A stretch of DNA of 6,336 bases, from positions 1 through 6,336 of the IMG/VR virus record IMGVR_UViG_3300029749_000251; one strand, written 5' to 3'. The first letter of the stretch is position 1. The number at the start of each line of letters is the position of its first letter. Shown here one piece after another: positions 1-5,179 of the stretch. The position numbers and the translations under genes were made by a program. The DNA comes from a virus. Its lineage: Duplodnaviria > Heunggongvirae > Uroviricota > Caudoviricetes. The notes beneath the pieces are model-generated. The model saw nothing but the letters and a program-made list of their open reading frames with translations. It searched no databases and was not told the DNA's origin.

Positions 1-699
1 ACTTCAGCGGGTAGTCATCAAACTCACCATAACGAGCATCGTTGATGATGTATGCGATCACCACAAATATCACATCTGGACTAGTTCCGTCTTCATGCGC
101 AGGTATCTGTTCACGCCTCCCTTTCTGCAAATCCTAAAGATGAGATTTTGGGGTTTTGGGATATCTTTTTCTCCTCAGTTCTCTATCCATTCTACAAAGC
201 AGTAATGAACCATCACTATGTGAAAGTGAGGCATCCGCTACATTAAGCGCAGAGAAATGATGCAGTGGTGGGCGGACTGGCTTGATGAAAAGGTGGAGTG
301 AACCACCTTAGCTATCGAATGACACAAAGCCTTGTAATCCAGTGCAAAGTCTTGTGTGCCTCAGTTTTGTCTAAGCGTTCTACTGAAACATAGTAAAATC
401 GATAACGGCTGGAGATCATTCAATATCCGCACTATTGACTCCCCTCCAATAAACCGTGTAACGTACACCGTTTATAAGACAACCAAACAATAATAGAGCG
501 AGTGAAATCATCAGTCTCAAATACCATTTATTGACGCAATACTATCCAGTTCTGAACTAAATGACATAATTCGGTAATTAAATTAATGCATCGACATACC
601 TTATAGATACGCCCCAATAATATAATGCTAATCCTCTTTGAATAGAAAACGTTCAATACTCCTCACTAAATAGCATAGTATTTATATCTTCCCTTACAA

Positions 700-891
700 A
701 AAAAATTAAGGCATAATAATAAGCTTCCTTTAACGCTAGATATTGAGGTTTGTATGTATCGCAGCATCGCAGCATTTAACACATTTTGCTTTTCATTGGT
801 ATTTATTTCATTAGCAAATGATATATATTACCAATTAAAACACTCGTCATCTCTCAATACATATATTTCCTATGCATTTTGAGGGATTGCC
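700..891 (+). promoter_or_regulatory. AT-rich upstream/promoter region and RBS of the membrane-protein gene
   Basis: GAGGGA at 881-886 lies 5 nt before the ATG at 892. The preceding DNA is very AT-rich, with A/T tracts and TATA-like hexamers. Short tandem repeats are present (ATCGCAGC x2 at 758-773, TGTA x2 at 751-758). The exact -35/-10 could not be assigned confidently. Confidence 0.4.
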
Positions 892-1971
892 ATGACATAC
901 AATACTATATTCAAAATATACATCTCAATTTTCATTTCTGTTATTGTCACTATAATAGCCATATCCGGTATAACATTCCTGGGGGACAACTGGATTATTC
1001 CAGACACATATCATCTATTTAATACTGCAAAATATGATACCACATTTTCACTCAGCGATATTTATTCCCAGCATAAAACATCTGTTTTATTTCTCTTTAT
1101 AAACAAAGTGCTCTATAGCATAGGGTTATATTCTTTCTGTATCGCGAACACAGCAATGATTATCTATGCTTTTTTCAAACATCACGAAGACCGTAGATTT
1201 TGTTTTGTGTTTTTGGTTTTGTCACCTCTATTTTTCATTAATATACCGTTACCATCCAAAGATATAATGGTGACATTTCTTTTTTGCATATGGGTATATG
1301 CAGTTTACTCTGAGGCAAGCCTGACAAAAACAATCCTGCTGTCTTTAATCATCCTATTAGTTAGAGATGGCTTTGGGATAATTTTAATTGCCACTTCAAT
1401 TATCTTAAAACAAAAGATAATATATAAAGCACCAATACTACTGATTATAATAGCAACTCTCATCGCATCTTTAATATCGGATGTTTTGCCTAACTATGCA
1501 AATGACTTTTTTCTGTTCCAGAGAGTAATTGATATAGCCAATGAATATAATAGTTCAAGTTATATTCTTCGTATATTTGGGAATGTAACAAATTTCTCAT
1601 CACGCAACCCATTGATTACTGATAAGTCCACATTAAACATTACATTTATGTGCTATACAATCACGGGAGTTACTATATTGAGTACATTCCTTCTTTCAAT
1701 TAAAGCAATACGTTCAAATTATAAAAGTGATGTCAGAATATCATTTTGTTATTTTTTAATTACCATTGCTTTTTCTATTTCACCACTTATTCAAGCAAGA
1801 TACATGGCTCCGTTAATTTTAATGCCGACATTTTATAAGTGTATTTCAAAAAAAGATGTCTTTATTTGCTATATGGCAAGCATATTTATCTCAATAATAT
1901 TATCATTATTATATGTATATTTAGGTGTTTACCCTGAAAAAGCACCAGTGGAAAACTTTACAATAAATTAA
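892..1971 (+). CDS. Polytopic inner-membrane protein, probably horizontally acquired surface-polysaccharide modification function (Wzy/EpsG-like polymerase or serotype-converting transferase candidate)
   Basis: 359-aa ORF with a good RBS. The translation is dominated by I/L/F/Y-rich hydrophobic segments consistent with about 9-11 transmembrane helices. Very low GC and AT-rich codon usage are typical of wzy/gtr-type cargo genes. It occupies the position that the serotype-specific gtr gene (yfdI) holds in CPS-53, but is shorter and has no gtrA/gtrB upstream in the window. Function is inferred from composition and topology only. Confidence 0.75.
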   Translation: MTYNTIFKIYISIFISVIVTIIAISGITFLGDNWIIPDTYHLFNTAKYDTTFSLSDIYSQHKTSVLFLFINKVLYSIGLYSFCIANTAMIIYAFFKHHEDRRFCFVFLVLSPLFFINIPLPSKDIMVTFLFCIWVYAVYSEASLTKTILLSLIILLVRDGFGIILIATSIILKQKIIYKAPILLIIIATLIASLISDVLPNYANDFFLFQRVIDIANEYNSSSYILRIFGNVTNFSSRNPLITDKSTLNITFMCYTITGVTILSTFLLSIKAIRSNYKSDVRISFCYFLITIAFSISPLIQARYMAPLILMPTFYKCISKKDVFICYMASIFISIILSLLYVYLGVYPEKAPVENFTIN

Positions 1972-1990
1972 CAAGAGAAAACCACCTATG

Positions 1991-2036
1991 GCACCATCTC
2001 ACAATAATAATATGATAAACATATTAGAGATGGTGC
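1991..2036. repeat. Perfect 10-bp inverted repeat (GCACCATCTC ... GAGATGGTGC) with a 26-nt AT-rich spacer, in the intergenic gap between convergent genes
   Basis: Read directly: 1991-2000 is the reverse complement of 2027-2036. No U-tract follows on either strand, so it is not a classical intrinsic terminator; it may be a protein-binding site or a weak bidirectional stop. Confidence 0.5.
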
Positions 2037-2089
2037 TACTCCGAGCCACCCACAAGCAACACATTGAATTTATTCCAAAATAATTCATC

Positions 2090-2683
2090 TTATACTTCAT
2101 AAAGGGCAGGCCAGATGACATCAGGCGCGGTGCTGGTATCTGTTGCCGCCACCGCGTCAATGTAATCCAGCACAGCGTTAAGCCGGGTGGTTTCTGCCTG
2201 CGTCAGCTTCCGCCCGGCCTGTAATTTCAGCTGAATCAGACTGATGGAAGCCATTGCAGCATCAATCAGCGACTGGCGCTTTACTTCTGCCGCGTCTAGT
2301 GCGGCGCTATGCTGTGCCTCGGTATCCGTCACCCATTTCTCACCATCCCATTTATCGTATGGCGTTAACGGTGAAAGCGTGACATAACCGTCTTTGATGG
2401 CACCGATATAATCCACTGTAACAGCTACGCCATTTTCTGTTGAGTAAACAGTCTCATTGCGATGGTCTTCTTCATGGCTCCATCCCTTACCCGTAAATAC
2501 TGCCACTCTTCCCGGAATGTATTCGCCCGGGTCAATACCAGTGGAACAGGCGGGCATACTTACGCCAGTATTAATATATTCATCAGACCAGCCAGTATAT
2601 TCATACGTAACTGCCTCATAATAAAAACAACGCATATTACCCGGTACTGTAGCCAGCCCATTTTCATCAAAAACAGGTTTCAT
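2090..2683 (-). CDS. Phage tail-fibre assembly protein (Tfa family)
   Basis: 197-aa ORF. The central EDHRNETVY motif and the C-terminal TSTAPDVIWP motif match the conserved pattern of lambdoid Tfa proteins (TfaE/TfaQ/yfdK-like) as I remember them. Its start overlaps the stop of the upstream tail-fibre remnant (TAATG coupling), as in stf-tfa pairs. Confidence 0.88.
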   Translation of the reverse strand: MKPVFDENGLATVPGNMRCFYYEAVTYEYTGWSDEYINTGVSMPACSTGIDPGEYIPGRVAVFTGKGWSHEEDHRNETVYSTENGVAVTVDYIGAIKDGYVTLSPLTPYDKWDGEKWVTDTEAQHSAALDAAEVKRQSLIDAAMASISLIQLKLQAGRKLTQAETTRLNAVLDYIDAVAATDTSTAPDVIWPALYEV

Positions 2684-3009
2684 TATGCAGCCCTCACAAT
2701 ATAATTAAAGGCGATGTTACGTGGACGGTTTTCATTAGCTGTTGGCACGACACGAGAGGCGTCGAATCCAAGGTCATCGGTTTTGCCTATAGCAGTTGTG
2801 TTATTCGCCATTGTCGTTGATCGTGTTCCTGCATCGTAAAAAGCCCCTCTGATTGCATCAAAAGACATGCCGATCCCGCCATCTGCGAATCCCTCAATAT
2901 TTCTTATTGCATCCCCCTGTGAAGATAATAATTGTCGCCCGGCATCCACACCACGTCCGTCATCCCAGCCACGAATAAATTCACCGCGTAAAGTCGCACT
3001 CGAAGAGCA
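2683..3009 (-). pseudogene. 3' remnant of a side tail-fibre (Stf) gene: only the C-terminal ~108 codons, bounded upstream by an in-frame stop
   Basis: The translation ends ...FDASRVVPTANENRPRNIAFNYIVRAA, the conserved C-terminus of lambdoid side tail fibres, and contains LRGEFIRGWDDGRG (tail-collar-like motif) near its 5' end. Reading upstream in the same frame hits a stop at 3010-3012, and the sequence beyond is not fibre-like. No ATG is present; the listed start at 2949 is a GTG. Confidence 0.8.
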
Positions 3010-3191
3010 TCAGCCAACTGTTTCCTGATTTTTTCAGGTAACTCGTCGGCATCGCAGAAACAACAACGCTCGATCATGTTGAAAGCCGATTCGTAGAACT
3101 GTTTTTGCTGAGTGTCGCTGAGACAGGAAAAGAGCGACGTTACGATGATTTTATTAATTGCATTATCAAGTTCTTTTTCATCAAAAGTCAT
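2904..3191 (-). CDS. Small hypothetical protein (95 aa) with a Cys cluster (CCFC); its 3' end reads out of frame through the tail-fibre remnant (chimeric or truncated)
   Basis: ATG at 3189-3191 is preceded by AGGA at appropriate spacing on the minus strand. The N-terminal ~60 aa are encoded by unique DNA (3012-3191), while the last ~30 codons overlap Stf-remnant DNA in another frame, so the native C-terminus is likely lost. I recognise no family. Confidence 0.4.
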   Translation of the reverse strand: MTFDEKELDNAINKIIVTSLFSCLSDTQQKQFYESAFNMIERCCFCDADELPEKIRKQLADALRVRLYAVNLFVAGMTDVVWMPGDNYYLHRGMQ

Positions 3192-3444
3192 TTGATTTTC
3201 CTTTTATGTATACGGGCTTAAAAGGATACCACCGAGCCTGAAGTGGTGAAAAGACAGGCACATAACAGCTAAGTATTTTCAACCAGAGAGAATCCTTAGC
3301 GTTGTGGTGAATGCGGCTCAGCGTACGCGGGTTAAGGTTGAGGCTGACAGTCGACCTTCTGTGGATACCCACCCGCCTGGTGTGCAACCTTCGCCAGGCA
3401 CCGGGAGGCACCCGGCACCACAACTTTATGCTGTGTGTAGTCTT

Positions 3445-3491
3445 GGCGGTACCAGCTTGTACCCTTGCTTCCGGCTGGTACCGTCCTTTTT
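3445..3491 (+). terminator. Terminator-like hairpin: 10-bp perfect stem (CGGTACCAGC / GCTGGTACCG) followed by CC-TTTTT
   Basis: 3447-3456 pairs perfectly with 3474-3483, extendable by G-U/G-C pairs at 3445-3446 with 3484-3485. The loop is 17 nt. A T5 run lies at 3487-3491. Three GTACC copies, two of them full GGTACC palindromes (3448-3453, 3459-3463, 3477-3482), allow mutually exclusive alternative pairings. Confidence 0.35.
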
Positions 3492-3704
3492 GCAAAACAG
3501 AGAAGAGCATCACCGGACGACGGGCTCATAACCCAATCCATCCGGGCGGCTGCCACCGCAGGTGTTCTTCTCTGTTTTGTGGAGAAACTAACCGCCCCTA
3601 CGGGGGCATTTATGGAAATGTAATTGACTCAATAATCGCCGGACGGTGAGGGCTTCCTTTTACCCGAATTCAGCGCGGTGCAGCGCATATACGTGGAGAA
3701 CAAA

Positions 3705-4241
3705 ATGTCATTTATTAAAACTTTTTCCGGGAAGCATTTTTATTATGACAGGATAAATAAAGACGACATCGTTATTAACGATATCGCGGTTTCCCTTTCA
3801 AATATCTGTCGCTTTGCAGGACATCTTTCACACTTCTACAGTGTCGCCCAACATGCGGTGCTTTGCAGCCAGCTGGTGCCGCAGGAATTTGCTTTTGAAG
3901 CGTTAATGCATGATGCAACAGAAGCGTATTGCCAGGACATCCCCGCACCACTGAAACGACTTCTTCCTGACTATAAACGGATGGAAGAAAAAATAGACGC
4001 CGTAATACGTGAGAAATACGGGTTACCTCCTGTTATGAGCACGCCAGTGAAATATGCCGATCTCATTATGCTGGCAACCGAACGCCGCGATCTCGGGCTT
4101 GATGATGGCTCTTTCTGGCCTGTACTGGAAGGTATCCCGGCAACAGAGATGTTCAAAGTGATTCCACAGGCACCGGGCCATGCCTACGGGATGTTTATGG
4201 AACGTTTTAACGAGTTATCGGAGTTACGCAAATGCGCATGA
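3705..4241 (+). CDS. yfdR: HD-domain phosphohydrolase, YfdR-like 5'-deoxynucleotidase (178 aa from the ATG at 3705; the ORF track starts at an upstream GTG at 3678)
   Basis: The HD signature (…H…ALMHDATEAY…) is visible in the translation. GGAG at 3695-3698 lies 6 nt before the ATG at 3705, whereas the GTG at 3678 has no RBS. The length (178 aa) and operon context (followed by 120-aa and 101-aa ORFs, then an Xis-like gene) match my recollection of CPS-53 yfdR-yfdS-yfdT. Identity to K-12 YfdR was not verified by alignment. Confidence 0.8.
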   Translation: MSFIKTFSGKHFYYDRINKDDIVINDIAVSLSNICRFAGHLSHFYSVAQHAVLCSQLVPQEFAFEALMHDATEAYCQDIPAPLKRLLPDYKRMEEKIDAVIREKYGLPPVMSTPVKYADLIMLATERRDLGLDDGSFWPVLEGIPATEMFKVIPQAPGHAYGMFMERFNELSELRKCA

Positions 4242-4594
4242 ATGTTTTCGAAATGGAAGGGTTTCTTCGTGGGAGATGTGTACCGCGAGATCTGAAAGTA
4301 AATGAAACAGATGCTGAATACCTGGCGCGTAAATTCGATGCGCTTGAAGCTAAATGTGCAGCACAGGAAAACAAAGTAATACCAGTGTCAGCTGAACTGC
4401 CACCAGCAAATGAAAGTGTTTTGTTATTCGATGCTAACGGAGAAGGCTGGCTAATTGGCTGGCGTTCTCTCTGGTACACCTGGGAACAAAAAGAAACCGG
4501 AGAATGGCAGTGGACATTTCAGGTCGGGGACCTTGAAAACGTCAATATCACTCACTGGGCAATAATGCCAAAAGCACCGGAGGCTGGAGCATAA
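4232..4594 (+). CDS. yfdS: Small phage-associated protein (120 aa), YfdS-like, possibly DUF551 family
   Basis: Its start overlaps the yfdR-like stop (ATG 4232 versus TGA 4239-4241), with GGAG 8 nt upstream. Length and position match yfdS as recalled. The Trp-rich C-terminal segment (…WRSLWYTWEQKETGEWQW…THWAIMPKAP) is consistent with my memory of DUF551. Confidence 0.7.
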   Translation: MRMNVFEMEGFLRGRCVPRDLKVNETDAEYLARKFDALEAKCAAQENKVIPVSAELPPANESVLLFDANGEGWLIGWRSLWYTWEQKETGEWQWTFQVGDLENVNITHWAIMPKAPEAGA

Positions 4595-4899
4595 TGATCA
4601 CTTTTACCGACAAAGAACTGATTAAAGAAATTAAAGAGCGTATCAGCAGCCTTGACGTGCGAGACGATATTGAGCGCCGTGCTTATGAAATCGCACTCCT
4701 ATCGCTGGAAGTAGAACCAGATGAACGCGAAGCTTATGAATTATTCATGGAAAAGCGTTTCGGTGACTTAGTAGATCGTCGGAGAGCAAAAAACGGCGAT
4801 AACGAATACATGGCATGGGATATGACTCTCGGTTGGATCGTCTGGCAGCAACGAGCTGGTATCCATTTTTCAACAATGTCACAGCAAGAGGTGAAATAA
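4594..4899 (+). CDS. yfdT: Small hypothetical protein (101 aa), YfdT-like
   Basis: TAATG stop/start overlap with the preceding gene, with GGAG 5 nt upstream. The translation is charged and helical-looking. Length and position match yfdT as recalled. Confidence 0.65.
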   Translation: MITFTDKELIKEIKERISSLDVRDDIERRAYEIALLSLEVEPDEREAYELFMEKRFGDLVDRRRAKNGDNEYMAWDMTLGWIVWQQRAGIHFSTMSQQEVK

Positions 4900-4948
4900 T
4901 GGAGCCATACAGCCTCACACTCGATGAGGCCTGTTCATATCTGATAGA

Positions 4949-4972
4949 GCCGCTATATGGCGGTTTATTTTT
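4949..4972 (+). terminator. Candidate intrinsic terminator of the yfdRST-like operon (short GC stem followed by a U-rich tract)
   Basis: GCCGC (4949-4953) pairs with GCGGT (4960-4964) around a 6-nt loop, followed by TTATTTTT (4965-4972), 50 nt downstream of the yfdT-like stop. The stem is short, so this is weak to moderate. Confidence 0.35.
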
Positions 4973-4987
4973 GCCTGGAGAATTAAG

Positions 4988-5179
4988 ATGACCGATACCA
5001 GCCTGATTCCTGAGAAAGAAGTGATGAACAAGCTCGGTGTTTCATCACGTCAGACAATCTGGAACTATACCAAACGGCACGGATTTCCGAAGCCAGTCAG
5101 AACCCACCCCAAATCATACCTTCGTGAAGCTGTTGAGGGGTGGATTCTTAACGGTGGCGTTAATCAGAAATGCTCCTGA
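4988..5179 (+). CDS. AlpA/Xis-family small DNA-binding protein (prophage excisionase / transcriptional regulator)
   Basis: 63-aa ORF with GGAG 7 nt upstream. The translation (…KEVMNKLGVSSRQTIWNYTKRHGFPKPVR…YLREAVEGWI) fits the AlpA/Vis/TorI-type winged-helix pattern (hydrophobic-x-x-hydrophobic, TGLSRSTIY-like, FPKP). It occupies the position of torI/ypdJ in KplE1. Confidence 0.8.
   Translation: MTDTSLIPEKEVMNKLGVSSRQTIWNYTKRHGFPKPVRTHPKSYLREAVEGWILNGGVNQKCS

Noticed and set aside
1-205. Open frames touching the left window edge on both strands (+ strand frame open from 2 to the stop at 203-205; - strand frame open from about 63 to 1)
   Set aside because: Neither has a recognisable start, RBS or family signature, and both are truncated by the window edge. 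The + strand frame could be the 3' end of an upstream gene, but this cannot be supported from the sequence alone.
120-891. Dam/OxyR phase-variation switch of the kind described upstream of Salmonella gtr operons
   Set aside because: Only a single GATC site (414-417) is present in the upstream region, with no cluster of paired GATC sites, so the known mechanism is not supported.
2462-2704. 80-aa ORF on the + strand
   Set aside because: It lies entirely antisense within the well-supported tfa gene, with no RBS and a low-complexity translation.
3181-3649. Four overlapping ORFs (3181-3513 -, 3304-3531 +, 3311-3649 +, 3332-3556 -) in the GC-rich block
   Set aside because: They overlap each other on both strands, lack RBSs, and translate to R/P/G-rich low-complexity peptides. 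Long open frames are expected by chance in GC-rich DNA, so the block is treated as non-coding and discussed as a finding.
3200-3670. Retron msr/msd, CRISPR array, type III toxin-antitoxin RNA repeats, tRNA or tmRNA
   Set aside because: There is no reverse transcriptase gene adjacent, no regularly spaced direct repeats, no tandem ~36-nt repeats, and no tRNA-like T-arm/acceptor features (no GGTTCGAAT-type motif). The E. coli tmRNA and RNase P RNA sequences as I recall them do not match.
3971-4479. Minus-strand ORFs 3971-4156 and 4207-4479
   Set aside because: They are antisense within the yfdR-like and yfdS-like genes, with S/R-rich translations and no family resemblance.
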